Positions 19,794 to 30,797 are shown, numbered from the stretch's first letter. The stretch is 64,000 bases of DNA from Pseudogracilibacillus sp. (GCA_035301445.1 DATGUH010000153.1:8196-72195), one strand, 5' to 3'. Translations and numbers: made by a program. Notes: a model not told the origin generated them from the letters alone.

Positions 19794-19875
19794 TTGAAAA
19801 CGATTATCATTTAGACTCAAACTTAATTATATCACGCGAAAAACCATTGTCAATCATAAATGAAAATGATTCTCA
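19794..19875. promoter_or_regulatory. Fur boxes upstream of yclNOPQ
   Basis: TGAAAACGATTATCA (19794-19808) and TGAAAATGATTCTCA (19861-19875) against TGATAATNATTATCA. Confidence 0.8.
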
Positions 19876-20038
19876 ATTAGTTTGTTTTATTTTTCTAAAA
19901 ACATTGACAGAATCACTTTTTCATTCAAAAAAAGAGTGAGAATCATTTCTTATTCTCACTCTTCTATGCATTTTTTTATTCGTTGCCAGTAATTGCTTTT
20001 CTTATTGAGAATCACTAATTTTTTTCAAGACAGCTAGA

Positions 20039-20917
20039 TTATTGAGCCTCGATTGCTTGATCTTTCACTTCGTCAGGTACAACGATTTCATCAATGCTAT
20101 TAATATCATTGACTTTTACTTTTAAATCTTGGACTAATGTCGTCTTATTCTCATCAACGATCATTTCAATATCCATAAACATATTATAAGCTTCCATATG
20201 GAACGTTTCTTTATTGATAAATAATTCATAATCGATTTCATTGATGACCATATCTTTTAACGCTTGTGCTTCTTCCTCAGCATCTTCTAAAATCCCTGTA
20301 TCTTCCACTTGGTCTTCGATCATTTCTTTAAACGAATCGCCATCCCCTTTCATACGTAAAATATATTGATTACCTTTTTCTTCTAATTCAAAGTCATTTT
20401 TATATGCTTCTAAATCTTCTAAGTCCACTTCGGAATTTTTCGCTAGGTCCATCATTCCTTGTAAATCGCCTGCATTATCTCCTGGTAACTTCATCCATTG
20501 GTCTGTTTGTGGCTCATGCATATAGACACCATCTTCCACAATGTACATTTCAATCGCCATTTTCCCATCACCGATGCCCATCTCTAGGTCTTGGTGCATC
20601 GCAAATGGTTCTTGAACCATTTCTACCGTCCCGTTCATTTCGTTTTCCACTTTTAATTCCATATCTGGCATTTCGATTTTTTGAGCTGATTGCATATCCA
20701 TTGACATACTTTCAATTTCTTTTGATGCTTCTGTTGCCTTATCAAAAACTTCCTCGACTGTTAACGGTTTACTTTTCTCTTCTTCAGCTTTCGCTTGTTG
20801 TTCCGTTTGTTCTGCTTCACCAGCACCAGCTGTTGGCTCCTCCTTGTCTCCTTCTCCACAAGCAGCTAATCCCAAGACTAATAGTCCAACTGAGAATCCT
20901 TTTAACCATTTTTTCAT
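20039..20917 (-). CDS. Acidic lipoprotein (DUF6612/LppX-like)
   Basis: LAACG lipobox; EMYIVEDGVYM...QWMKL; C-terminal IDEIVVPDEV. Confidence 0.75.
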   Translation of the reverse strand: MKKWLKGFSVGLLVLGLAACGEGDKEEPTAGAGEAEQTEQQAKAEEEKSKPLTVEEVFDKATEASKEIESMSMDMQSAQKIEMPDMELKVENEMNGTVEMVQEPFAMHQDLEMGIGDGKMAIEMYIVEDGVYMHEPQTDQWMKLPGDNAGDLQGMMDLAKNSEVDLEDLEAYKNDFELEEKGNQYILRMKGDGDSFKEMIEDQVEDTGILEDAEEEAQALKDMVINEIDYELFINKETFHMEAYNMFMDIEMIVDENKTTLVQDLKVKVNDINSIDEIVVPDEVKDQAIEAQ

Positions 20918-20954
20918 ATCATTTCTTCCTTTCTTTGTATGAGTTGTTAATTAA

Positions 20955-20982
20955 TGTACGACAAAGTTGGCAAACTGTTTCA
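20955..20982 (-). promoter_or_regulatory. ECF sigma (sigmaW-type) promoter
   Basis: TGAAAC-N16-CGTACA. Confidence 0.7.
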
Positions 20983-21149
20983 TTTTAGACGATATTCAGT
21001 AATTAAGGTCCAGAATATTTCGTCCTTTCTATGAGCATTTTCCTATCATTGCGGGAAATTCATTGTTTTTTATTTCGTGTTCCGAAAAAAATAGTCGTTT
21101 TTCTAATCAATATCCGCTATACTGTTTTTAATAAAGGGAGGGGAAATGT

Positions 21150-22868
21150 ATGCTGAAAGATTTTTTCTCATATTACAAACCACATAAGCGTTTGTTTATT
21201 ATTGACTTTTCTAGTGCGGTTTTTGTCGCATTGTTAGAATTAGCTTTCCCATTAGCTGTGCAATGGTTTATTGACCAATTATTGCCTAGTGGCCAATGGG
21301 GAAAAATTGTAACTGTTAGTATCTTACTGTTACTGATCTATTTGCTCAGTACGTTTTTACAGTATGTGGTTAGTTATTTAGGGCATAAACTCGGGATTAA
21401 TATCGAAACCGATATGCGCCAACAATTATTTAATCATGTGCAAAAACAATCTTTCCGATTTTTCGATAATACAAAAACAGGTCATATTATGAGCCGTATT
21501 ACAAATGATTTATTTGATATCGGAGAGCTTGCACATCATGGTCCAGAAGACTTTTTCATTGCCATTATGACAGTAGTTGGTGCCTTTATTTTAATGTTCA
21601 ATATCAACCCTGAACTGGCGCTTATTACGATCGTCATGGTACCACTTCTCATCATTGTCATTTCATTTTGCAATAAATTAATGAATCGTGCATGGACGAA
21701 CATGTACGGAAAAATTGCTGATGTGAATGCACGTGTTGAAGATAGCGTATCGGGTGCACGTGTCGTTAAATCATTTACGAACGAAGCTTATGAAATTGAT
21801 CGTTTTAAAGTAGATAACGGGAATTTCCGGACGGCTAAACTTGTTGCTTATAAAGTGATGGCATGGACAACAGCAAGTATGTATATGATGACGCGCCTCA
21901 TGACGTTACTTGTACTCGTCATCGGTGCATGGTTTACAGTAAACGGTAAACTGACGCACGGGGAACTCGTTGGATTTATTTTATTTACGAATATTTTAAT
22001 TAAGCCTGTCGACAAAATTAGTGCGCTATTGGAACTCTATCCAAAAGGAATGGCAGGGTTTAAACGATTTAGAAGTTTAATCGACCAAGAACCTGAAATT
22101 CAAGATGAACCGAATGCCATAGAGGTCGATCATTTACATGGGGATATTACTTTTAAAGACGTTCATTTTCACTATGAGAATGAAAAAGCAGTACTTGAAA
22201 ATATTAATTTATCGATTCGATCAGGTGAGACCGTTGCGTTCGTTGGGCCATCTGGTGCCGGGAAAACAACGATTTGTTCGTTAATCCCACGATTTTATGA
22301 CGTCAATGAGGGAAGTATCACAATTGACGGAATGGACATACGTCATATGACACAACAGTCCTTACGAAAACAAATTGGAATCGTCCAACAAGATGTGTTT
22401 TTATTCACAGGAACTATTAAAGAAAATATCGCCTACGGGCATTTACATGCAACTGATGAAGAAATTTTTGAAGCTGCACGTAAAGCGCATTTAGAAGATA
22501 TGATTCAACAATTACCAGATGGCTATGAAACACAAATCGGAGAACGCGGATTAAAATTATCAGGCGGTCAAAAACAACGATTAGCCATCGCACGAATGTT
22601 TTTGAAAAACCCACCTATTTTAATCTTAGACGAAGCTACTTCTGCACTTGATACAGAAACCGAAAAAATCATTCAGCAATCATTAAATGAACTTGCTGAA
22701 AATCGCACAACGCTTGTCATTGCGCATCGACTCGCAACAATTCGTGATGCAGACCGTGTTGTTGTCGTTACAAAAGATGGCATTGCTGAAGACGGCGCCT
22801 ATGATGAACTCGTTGAGAAAGACGGGATTTTTGCTAGATTGCATAATATTCAATTTCAACAAGTATAA
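21150..22868 (+). CDS. ABC exporter ATP-binding/permease fusion (YwjA-like)
   Basis: ELAHHGPED, GPSGAGKTT, LSGGQKQR, ILDEATSALD. Confidence 0.9.
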   Translation: MLKDFFSYYKPHKRLFIIDFSSAVFVALLELAFPLAVQWFIDQLLPSGQWGKIVTVSILLLLIYLLSTFLQYVVSYLGHKLGINIETDMRQQLFNHVQKQSFRFFDNTKTGHIMSRITNDLFDIGELAHHGPEDFFIAIMTVVGAFILMFNINPELALITIVMVPLLIIVISFCNKLMNRAWTNMYGKIADVNARVEDSVSGARVVKSFTNEAYEIDRFKVDNGNFRTAKLVAYKVMAWTTASMYMMTRLMTLLVLVIGAWFTVNGKLTHGELVGFILFTNILIKPVDKISALLELYPKGMAGFKRFRSLIDQEPEIQDEPNAIEVDHLHGDITFKDVHFHYENEKAVLENINLSIRSGETVAFVGPSGAGKTTICSLIPRFYDVNEGSITIDGMDIRHMTQQSLRKQIGIVQQDVFLFTGTIKENIAYGHLHATDEEIFEAARKAHLEDMIQQLPDGYETQIGERGLKLSGGQKQRLAIARMFLKNPPILILDEATSALDTETEKIIQQSLNELAENRTTLVIAHRLATIRDADRVVVVTKDGIAEDGAYDELVEKDGIFARLHNIQFQQV

Positions 22869-22917
22869 TTTGAAGAAATTGTGGGTATAGTGTTTGTATC
22901 CCCCTTTCTCTACCCCC

Positions 22918-22974
22918 AAAAAAGCTGCTCAGACAATCAATCCAGTGATTGGTTGTTCTGAAGCAGCTTTTTTT
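22918..22974. terminator. Bidirectional terminator
   Basis: AAAAAAGCTGCT...AGCAGCTTTTTT. Confidence 0.7.
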
Positions 22975-24244
22975 AATAACTCACAACGTATTGTTCATAT
23001 TTTTTACGATCCGTCTCCAACATTTCAACTGTCATCAATGTTCCATCTTCTTCATATTTGACAGACTTCACATTGGCAAATTCATTTAAATAAGAGACAA
23101 TTTCGCCACGTTCGAATGGGATAAATACTTTACATGTAATGTAAGAAGCAAATACGGCTTTCTTAATTACCTCTACTAGTTCGTCCACCCCTTCTCCCGT
23201 TTTCGCAGATAACCAAATTTGATTCCCTTTTACGGTTGGATAAGGAATTGTCGTTTGATCCGCTTTATTTAACACATAGATTGTTGGGATATTCTCAACA
23301 CCTACATCTACAAGTGTTTCATTCGTTACATCCATCATGAATCGGTGCTCTTTATGTGAAACATCAACGACTTGTAATAGTAAATCTGCGTCCCGTGCTT
23401 CCTCTAATGTCGAACGAAACGCTTTCACTAAATGATGAGGTAATTTGCTAACAAACCCAACAGTATCCGTTAATAAAAAGGCTTTGTTATCTGGCAGTTT
23501 TACTTTTCGTACAGACGTATCTAATGTTGCAAAAAGCATATCCTTTTCAAACACTTGCTTTTCTTCTTGTGCTTCCACTTTTTCAAGTAAACGATTCAGT
23601 AAAGTGGATTTCCCCGCATTTGTATAACCAACGAGTGAAACGACTGGCAACCCACTACGTTTTCTCCGCTTTCTTTGCGTTTCTCTTTGTCCCTCCATAT
23701 GGGCTAGCTCTCTGCGCAATTTGGCAATTTGATCTTCAATAATACGGCGGTCTAGCTCGAGTTTTGTTTCACCTGCTCCTTTGTTTTTGAAACCTCCTCC
23801 AGTCCCTCCACCTTGTCTGCTTAAAGAGGCACGTAAACCAACTAATCGTGGCAACATATATTGCAATTGCGCGAGATCTACTTGCATGCGTGCTTCTTTT
23901 GTACGAGCACGACGCGCAAAAATATCTAAAATGAGCATCGTTCTGTCAATCACTTTACAAGCTAAGCCATTTTCTAAGTTTCGAATTTGTGTCGGAGATA
24001 ATTCATCATTAAAAATGACTAAATTCGCGTTCGCTGTTTCATAAAAGCGTCGAATTTCTTCTACTTTTCCTCCCCCAACATAATGAGATGGATTTGGGCG
24101 TTCTAAATTTTGCGTCAGTTCCCCAACCACTTCTACATCGATCGCTTCTGCTAAATTCCCAAGTTCCTCCATTGAATAAGCAAAATGCTCATCTCCTTGC
24201 GTTTGTACGCCAACTAATATTGCTCGTTCCACAAATGTTTCCAA
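22973..24244 (-). CDS. hflX: Ribosome-splitting GTPase HflX (HflXr-like paralogue)
   Basis: DELSPTQIRNLE, VIDRT.LILDIFA.RA, GYTNAGKST, LFATLD, DTVGF, NKAD; TTG start after AAAGGAG. Confidence 0.93.
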   Translation of the reverse strand: METFVERAILVGVQTQGDEHFAYSMEELGNLAEAIDVEVVGELTQNLERPNPSHYVGGGKVEEIRRFYETANANLVIFNDELSPTQIRNLENGLACKVIDRTMLILDIFARRARTKEARMQVDLAQLQYMLPRLVGLRASLSRQGGGTGGGFKNKGAGETKLELDRRIIEDQIAKLRRELAHMEGQRETQRKRRKRSGLPVVSLVGYTNAGKSTLLNRLLEKVEAQEEKQVFEKDMLFATLDTSVRKVKLPDNKAFLLTDTVGFVSKLPHHLVKAFRSTLEEARDADLLLQVVDVSHKEHRFMMDVTNETLVDVGVENIPTIYVLNKADQTTIPYPTVKGNQIWLSAKTGEGVDELVEVIKKAVFASYITCKVFIPFERGEIVSYLNEFANVKSVKYEEDGTLMTVEMLETDRKKYEQYVVSY

Positions 24245-24307
24245 CGAAGCAACTCCTTTCTACTTGCACATTTTTTAATCTAAAAGTAATCAATAGCGAT
24301 TTCTCCA

Positions 24308-25006
24308 TTAAAGCGATGTATAGCGAATGGAGACATCCATTAGGCGATTTTTCTCTTGCTCGCTCCCCTCCATAAATGTGAGCGTACAATTATCCAATGG
24401 TAATGTTGTCTCATTCTCTACTGGAATATTTAACAATGTACTCCATTGTTTTATGCGATTCGTACAATTACTTGATTGTAAAAAGCAATTGGTAATTGCC
24501 AGTTTTTCATTTCCCGTTGTGATCGCACCCTCAGCACGCAATCTTTTCCTTTGCGCCGCTTCCGTTTGTTCCCATTCAATAAAAAAAGGGAACGGTAGTT
24601 CATTTGAAACCGGCTCTTCAATAAAGAGCATTTTCCATTTGATTTTTTCGCCTGTAGAGGTCATTCGTTCCGCATGAATGACACCTGATGTTTGATAACC
24701 TTGCCCGCTTAATCGTTCTTCTAGTTGTTCAATTTGTTCTACGCTTAAACAAATTGTTCCCCATCCTTCTTCTGAACGATCATAGCGATACAATTCGATC
24801 AATGGATTCGTAGATCGCTGAACTTTTTCATCGTCATCCACTGTTAGCCATTCAATATAAGCATTTTGTACATACATCAGGACATTTTGCGTCCCCCACT
24901 GTTTATGTTTCCCCCCAAAGACAACGTTATAACCAAATGATTGCTGCTCATGTACGATTTCTTCAGGCGCCTTCATTGTAAAATACACAATATGGTCTAA
25001 TTTCAT
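24308..25006 (-). CDS. VOC/glyoxalase-like family protein
   Basis: MKLDHIV, GGKHKQWGTQN, YIEWL, PFFIEW. Confidence 0.8.
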   Translation of the reverse strand: MKLDHIVYFTMKAPEEIVHEQQSFGYNVVFGGKHKQWGTQNVLMYVQNAYIEWLTVDDDEKVQRSTNPLIELYRYDRSEEGWGTICLSVEQIEQLEERLSGQGYQTSGVIHAERMTSTGEKIKWKMLFIEEPVSNELPFPFFIEWEQTEAAQRKRLRAEGAITTGNEKLAITNCFLQSSNCTNRIKQWSTLLNIPVENETTLPLDNCTLTFMEGSEQEKNRLMDVSIRYTSL

Positions 25007-25109
25007 GACAATTCCCCCCTCAATGCTTCCCTTTCTCCTTACCATACGATCTACTCTCTCTATTCTCGCACGTACGAATAGACTCCTTCAAGAAAGAGCT
25101 CTTTTATAG

Positions 25110-25140
25110 AAAAAACCTGTAGCAATTGCTACAGGTTTTT
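25110..25140 (-). terminator. Terminator of putP
   Basis: Perfect palindrome AAAAACCTGTAGCAATTGCTACAGGTTTTT. Confidence 0.75.
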
Positions 25141-25144
25141 GCAC

Positions 25145-26632
25145 TTATTTAGATTGTTCATCTTTTAATAGTTGTTGCGCTGCATCAAACTCTTGTTCAA
25201 TTTCAACATTTGGTTTGTATGTTGCCATACTGACAAAGTACGTAACGAGCCATGCGCCGATAAATCCTGGGATGATTTCATATAAGTTGTCTTTTAAGAA
25301 ATCAATATTTCCCCAAACTAATACGATTACAGCACCCGTAATCATTCCCCATAATGCACCTTGAGATGTTAACTTCTTCCAGTACAATGAGAGTAAAACA
25401 ATTGGTCCGAATGAAGCACCAAATCCTGCCCATGAGAATGATACAATACTTAGAATCGATTCATTGTTTGGCCATGCGAGGAAAATCGCGATAACAGAAA
25501 CGACCAGTACAGCCATACGACCTAAAAACACATATTGCTTATCAGATGCATCTGTTTTAATGACTGCTTTATATAAGTCCTCGATTAACGCAGAAGATGT
25601 AACGATTAATTGAGACGAAATGGTACTCATCACCGCTGCTAAAATTGCTGCTAACATAATCCCAGCAATTAATGGATGGAAAATAATTTGACCTAATACA
25701 ATAAAGACTGTTTCAGCATCATCTAATACGCCACCTGTTTGATGGAAGTATGCAATACCGATTAACGCTGTAGCACCAGCACCGATTAAACTTAAAAACA
25801 TCCAACCAATCCCGATACGACGAGCACTCTTTAACTCTTTAATAGAGCCAATTGCCATAAATCGAACGATAATATGTGGTTGACCGAAGTACCCAAGACC
25901 CCATGCAACCGCTGATAATACACCAACAAATGAAGCACCTGAAACGAAGCTCAATCCTGTTGGGTTCACTTCACGAATAGACGCTGCTGTTTCTGCAAAG
26001 CCACCTGTTAAAAACAATCCGAAAATAGGTACAAGTAATAATGCAAAGAACATTGTTACACCTTGTACAACGTCTGTATAACTTACCGCTAGGAAACCAC
26101 CAATTAATGTATAAAAAATAACAACTGCTGAAACAATTAATAGTCCCATATGGTAATCAAGTCCAAATGAACTTTCGAAAAACTTTCCGCCCGCAACCAT
26201 TCCAGAAGAAACGTAAAACGTGAAGAAAATTAAAATAACAATACTTGATACGATTCTTAAAACACGTGAGTTGCCTTTTAAACGGCTATCTAAGAAACTC
26301 GGAATCGTAATCGAGTCTCCCGACACTTGTGTGTACGCACGTAATCGTGGTGCGACTAACACATAGTTTAAATAAGCCCCTACCGTTAACCCAATTGCAA
26401 TCCAAGCTTCAACAAGCCCGTTTAAATAAATTGCTCCTGGTAATCCCATTAGTAACCAACCAGACATATCTGCCGCACCAGCACTTAATGCTGTAACTGC
26501 TGGGCCTAACGAACGCCCACCAAGCATATAGTCGGTTAAGTTTGTGGTCTTTTTATAGGCATAATATCCGATAAAGACCATTGCCGCCATATATAATACA
26601 ATTGCAATTAGTTGATAAATATCAGCTGACAT
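25145..26632 (-). CDS. putP: Sodium/proline symporter
   Basis: DYMLGGRSLGPAVTALSAGAADMSGWLLMGLPG, WGLGYFGQPHI. Confidence 0.93.
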   Translation of the reverse strand: MSADIYQLIAIVLYMAAMVFIGYYAYKKTTNLTDYMLGGRSLGPAVTALSAGAADMSGWLLMGLPGAIYLNGLVEAWIAIGLTVGAYLNYVLVAPRLRAYTQVSGDSITIPSFLDSRLKGNSRVLRIVSSIVILIFFTFYVSSGMVAGGKFFESSFGLDYHMGLLIVSAVVIFYTLIGGFLAVSYTDVVQGVTMFFALLLVPIFGLFLTGGFAETAASIREVNPTGLSFVSGASFVGVLSAVAWGLGYFGQPHIIVRFMAIGSIKELKSARRIGIGWMFLSLIGAGATALIGIAYFHQTGGVLDDAETVFIVLGQIIFHPLIAGIMLAAILAAVMSTISSQLIVTSSALIEDLYKAVIKTDASDKQYVFLGRMAVLVVSVIAIFLAWPNNESILSIVSFSWAGFGASFGPIVLLSLYWKKLTSQGALWGMITGAVIVLVWGNIDFLKDNLYEIIPGFIGAWLVTYFVSMATYKPNVEIEQEFDAAQQLLKDEQSK

Positions 26633-26898
26633 TTACACTTACCCCCTCAAATTTAACCTTTTCATTATAGCATGTCTTCTCTGATAATTGCACACGCTTC
26701 CAAAAAATAAAGTATTAAAATAATACAGACTCTTCTAACTCCTTTTTCGACTTATTTCCCGGGAAATGACCTACTTTTTACAATATAAGTCATCTCGGAT
26801 CTTTTTTCGACTTTTTTCGCAAATGAAACAGCATGTGAGGATCTCTACCTTTATGACCATTCCATACATTATTCTACTTCCTCTGAACAATGCAGCAC

Positions 26899-26923
26899 GT
26901 TTTAATTTTAAGATGTCGGGAAT
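26899..26923 (+). promoter_or_regulatory. sigmaB promoter
   Basis: GTTTTA-N13-GGGAAT upstream of the YdaT-like gene. Confidence 0.7.
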
Positions 26924-26950
26924 ATTTTTAAAAAAGGAGGGATCACATCT

Positions 26951-27313
26951 ATGCCATGGAATCAACAGAACTACCCTTCATCGTTTAACAACTTAACATC
27001 AGATGTCCGAAAAAAAGCCATTGAGATTGCCAATGCGCTCATTCAAGAAGATTATAGCGAAGAAAGAGCCATTGCAATTGCAATTTCCAAAGCGAGAGAA
27101 GCGATACAAGATGATGACCAAAGACCGCTTTATATCGTAAAGAAACGAGATGATGATTGGATTTTCATGAAAGAACATGGTCAAAAAGCAATTTATGTCG
27201 AATCAGTCAAAGAAGATGTGTTACAAAAAGCAAAGCCTTATGTGAATGAACAAAATGGTCGTTTGAAGATTTATCGTGAAGATGGCACGATTGAACAGAC
27301 GCTTTACGAGTAG
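26951..27313 (+). CDS. YdaT-like general stress protein (DUF2188)
   Basis: MPW...YPSSFNNL...VRKKAIEIANAL...RAIAIAISKA; RBS AAGGAGG. Confidence 0.82.
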   Translation: MPWNQQNYPSSFNNLTSDVRKKAIEIANALIQEDYSEERAIAIAISKAREAIQDDDQRPLYIVKKRDDDWIFMKEHGQKAIYVESVKEDVLQKAKPYVNEQNGRLKIYREDGTIEQTLYE

Positions 27314-27411
27314 CCATCCATTTAACCATCGAATCGTATATGACGTCACCACGAAATCGATTTGCCCATCATAATGTGTGCGCCTAAAGAAAGATTCTTT
27401 GTGAACAATTG

Positions 27412-27468
27412 AAAAGCCCTTAAGAGAACGTTCTCAAACTTGTATGCGAACAGCTCTTAAGGGCTTTT
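27412..27468. terminator. Bidirectional terminator
   Basis: AAAAGCCCTTAAGAG...CTCTTAAGGGCTTTT. Confidence 0.72.
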
Positions 27469-27469
27469 A

Positions 27470-29107
27470 TCATTTGACTAACTGCTCTTTTGCCATTTCT
27501 TGCAATTTGAATTTCATAATTTTCCCTGATGCAGTCATTGGATATGCATCTGTAAATTGAATATAGCGCGGGATTTTAAAGTGCGAAATATTTCCCTGGC
27601 AAAAATCTCGAATCGTTTGTTCAGTAACTTCTTTTCCTTGCTTTGGAATAATCCAAGCCATTAATTCTTCCCCATATTTAGGATCAGGTACACCAACAAC
27701 TTGAACATCCTCTACATCAGGATGTGTATATAAAAACTCTTCGATTTCTCTCGGATAAATATTCTCACCGCCTCGAATGACCATATCACGAATACGACCA
27801 GTAATATCGAGGTACCCATCCTCATCCATAATGGCTATATCACCCGTTCGCAACCAACCATCTGCGGTAATTGCTTCGCGCGTAGCTTCTTCATTATTAT
27901 AGTAGCCTTTCATGACATGATAGCCACGTGTCCACAGTTCTCCTGGCGTTCCAACTGCTGCATCTTCCTCCGTGGCAGGCTCTACAACTCTTACTTCCAC
28001 ATGTGGATGGGGTTTACCAACTGTAGATGTCCGTTTTTCAATCGGATCGTCTGTTGTTGTTTGCGTAATAACAGGTGATGATTCTGTTTGACCATAACAA
28101 ATTGTAATTTCATCCGCCCCCATCACATCAATCACTTTTCGCATCACTTCAATTGGACAAGTCGAACCTGCCATAATTCCTGTTCGCAATGATGATGTGT
28201 CAAAGGTTGCAAACTTCGGGTGATTCAATTCAGCGATGAACATCGTCGGTACGCCATGCAATGCTGTACACCGTTCATCTTGGACCGCTTGCAATACTTT
28301 TTCTGCCTCAAATTGTTCAATCACAACCATTGTGGATGCATGCGTAACGGCCGCCAACGTTCCTAATACACAGCCGAAACAATGGAAAAATGGAACGGGG
28401 ATGCAAACACGATCTTTTTCCGTTAACTTCATCCGGTCTCCAATGATTTTGCCGTTATTGACGATGTTATGATGTGTTAACATGACGCCTTTTGGAAAAC
28501 CCGTCGTCCCTGACGTGTATTGAATATTAATCACATCATCTGGATCTAATGACTGAAATCGTTCCTCTAATGCTTCATCAGAAACATCTTTCGCATAATG
28601 TAGTAACTCAGACCATGTATACATGCCTTGTTCTGTTCGCTCTGTCATGAGTATAATGCGTTTTAAATGTGGAAACGTTGTGCTTTCTATTGTTCCTTTC
28701 TCACTCAATTTAGCTTCTGGGCAAATCGCTTTGACAATCTCTACGTAACTTGTCCCTTTATAATCTTCATCTAATATTAATGTTGTTGACTCAGACTGTT
28801 GCAATAAATACGTTAATTCTGCTGCTTGATAATTCGTATTTACCGTAACAAGCGTTGCTCCCATCTTTCCTGTTGCATATTGACTGAGTAACCATTGGCG
28901 TTTATTATCGGACCAAATTGCGACATGCTCCCCTTTTGCAATGCCCATCCCCATAAACGCTTTCGCCAACTCATCTGTTTCTTCGTCAAACTGTTTATAC
29001 GTTTTCCGAATACCGTGTTCAGGATATACATATGCCTCTACTTCCGGAAACAATTTTGCTTGTTCCCTAACAATTTCCCCAACTGTTTTTTGTAATAGTA
29101 CCAACAT
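27470..29107 (-). CDS. AMP-binding acyl-CoA synthetase (YngI-like)
   Basis: QYTSGTTGFPKGVMLTH, YGQTESSP, TGD, RGGENIYPREIE, TASGKI. Confidence 0.9.
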   Translation of the reverse strand: MLVLLQKTVGEIVREQAKLFPEVEAYVYPEHGIRKTYKQFDEETDELAKAFMGMGIAKGEHVAIWSDNKRQWLLSQYATGKMGATLVTVNTNYQAAELTYLLQQSESTTLILDEDYKGTSYVEIVKAICPEAKLSEKGTIESTTFPHLKRIILMTERTEQGMYTWSELLHYAKDVSDEALEERFQSLDPDDVINIQYTSGTTGFPKGVMLTHHNIVNNGKIIGDRMKLTEKDRVCIPVPFFHCFGCVLGTLAAVTHASTMVVIEQFEAEKVLQAVQDERCTALHGVPTMFIAELNHPKFATFDTSSLRTGIMAGSTCPIEVMRKVIDVMGADEITICYGQTESSPVITQTTTDDPIEKRTSTVGKPHPHVEVRVVEPATEEDAAVGTPGELWTRGYHVMKGYYNNEEATREAITADGWLRTGDIAIMDEDGYLDITGRIRDMVIRGGENIYPREIEEFLYTHPDVEDVQVVGVPDPKYGEELMAWIIPKQGKEVTEQTIRDFCQGNISHFKIPRYIQFTDAYPMTASGKIMKFKLQEMAKEQLVK

Positions 29108-29180
29108 ACTCCCTCCCTTTCTTTTTCATTATCTTATAATTCCGAACTTTTGTCCATAAGGGAATATTCTGTAATCTCTA

Positions 29181-30758
29181 CTAATATCTGGTATTTTCTT
29201 TCATTGAAACAACATGACCTTGACGATTTTTATAAACAAGATGCGAACGGTTTAACTTGGTTGGCGAATCAAGCCCTGCAGCAGCTGCGATTCTAAATAA
29301 CCCCTCACGCATCGTAACAATATAATTCGTCACACGATATTTTTTCTCTTCGACGACGAGCCCTTTCTGCAATTTTGGATCCGTCGTTGCAACACCTGCT
29401 GGACAAGTATTTGTATGGCAACGTTCCGCCATAATACAACCGACAGAAATCATAAATCCACGTGCAACTTGAACTAAGTCTGCTCCAAGTGCTAAAGCGA
29501 TTGCCGCTTTATCTGGCGTTGTAATTTTTCCAGAAGCAATCAATTTCACTTCATCTCGAACGCCGTATTTTTTTAATGCATCATCCAATAACATAAGAGC
29601 GGAATATAACGGAAGACCAACACCATCTGCTAAATCCTGATACGTCGCACCTGAACCGCCTTCAGCACCATCTAGTGAAATAAAATCAGGTCCAATACCA
29701 GTTTCTTTTATATGTGCAGCGAGTTGTTCTGCATCCTCTTGACTCCCTATAACAATCTTAATCCCAACTGGTTTTCCGCTACGCGCGCGAATTTGATCGA
29801 TAAATTGAAATAAGGAATTATAATCATGAAACTCATTAAAGCGATTCGGACTATTCACTGTCGTAAATGGAACAACATTACGGATTGCGGCAATTTCTTC
29901 TGTAATTTTCTCACCTTCAACATGACCACCCCGCATTTTAGCACCTTGCGCCAATTTAATCTCGAACGCTTTCACTTGTTCAATCGCTGCTTTTTCTAAT
30001 AAGCGTTCCCAACTAAATTCTCCTGCTTCTGTACGGTAACCAAAAAGACCTGATCCAATCTGCGCAATAATATGTGCATCACCTGCTAAATGATGTTCTG
30101 ATAATCCGCCTTCTCCTGTATTCATCCATGCCTCTTTCGCCATCCCAATTCCTTTTGACAACGCACGAATCGCATGATCACCGAGTGCCCCATAACTCAT
30201 TCCGGATTGTCCGAGCAAACTCCGCACTTTAAAAGGCTTCTCACAATTTGGCCCAATCACAATTGCATCTTCTTCCGGTAACAACCAAGGTAGAGCTGCT
30301 ACCTCTTCACGATGTTCTTTTCGCGCGAATAAAAGATCTTCATCTACAACATAGCGCATTGACAGAATTGGTGGCTCGTTATCAGCTCGCATTTCTTCAT
30401 TTTGCTTTGTAAACATCGCATTGCGAATAAAATAGCCTGAACGATCAAAATCTCGTTTTGACCCAAATCCAATAACACTACTTAAGTATTTTCCGGGCAT
30501 GACCATATGCAAATACTCTTCCCGACTAAACGGTTTCCCTTCATGATCACTATCAAATAAATATTGCCGGAGCTCCGGACCCGTTTTTTCTAACGTATAC
30601 CGCATTCTTCCTAAAATCGGATAGTTTCGTAAAATTGCATGTTGCTTTTGTCTCCGATCATAAAAATACAGATACAGCACAACACTAATGGGAATAATCA
30701 GGACCAATAATATAATCACCATTGCTGTATGCGAAATCCCTTCTATCCACATCATCAT
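29181..30758 (-). CDS. FMN-binding glutamate synthase family protein (YerD-like)
   Basis: SGMSYGAL, NTGEGG, EIKLAQGAK, GCIMAERCHTNTCPAGVAT. Confidence 0.88.
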   Translation of the reverse strand: MMMWIEGISHTAMVIILLVLIIPISVVLYLYFYDRRQKQHAILRNYPILGRMRYTLEKTGPELRQYLFDSDHEGKPFSREEYLHMVMPGKYLSSVIGFGSKRDFDRSGYFIRNAMFTKQNEEMRADNEPPILSMRYVVDEDLLFARKEHREEVAALPWLLPEEDAIVIGPNCEKPFKVRSLLGQSGMSYGALGDHAIRALSKGIGMAKEAWMNTGEGGLSEHHLAGDAHIIAQIGSGLFGYRTEAGEFSWERLLEKAAIEQVKAFEIKLAQGAKMRGGHVEGEKITEEIAAIRNVVPFTTVNSPNRFNEFHDYNSLFQFIDQIRARSGKPVGIKIVIGSQEDAEQLAAHIKETGIGPDFISLDGAEGGSGATYQDLADGVGLPLYSALMLLDDALKKYGVRDEVKLIASGKITTPDKAAIALALGADLVQVARGFMISVGCIMAERCHTNTCPAGVATTDPKLQKGLVVEEKKYRVTNYIVTMREGLFRIAAAAGLDSPTKLNRSHLVYKNRQGHVVSMKENTRY

Positions 30759-30797
30759 AACCCCTCCTCATAACAATGTAATTCTCTACACTATTTG

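Noticed and set aside
20404-20988. 194-aa plus-strand ORF and the many other short antisense ORFs in the track
   Set aside because: Shadow frames of well-supported opposite-strand genes; no RBS or recognisable motifs.
26740-26830. Imperfect direct repeat CTTTTTCGACTT and palindrome ATTTCCCGGGAAAT upstream of putP
   Set aside because: Short, low complexity and matches no operator I can name.
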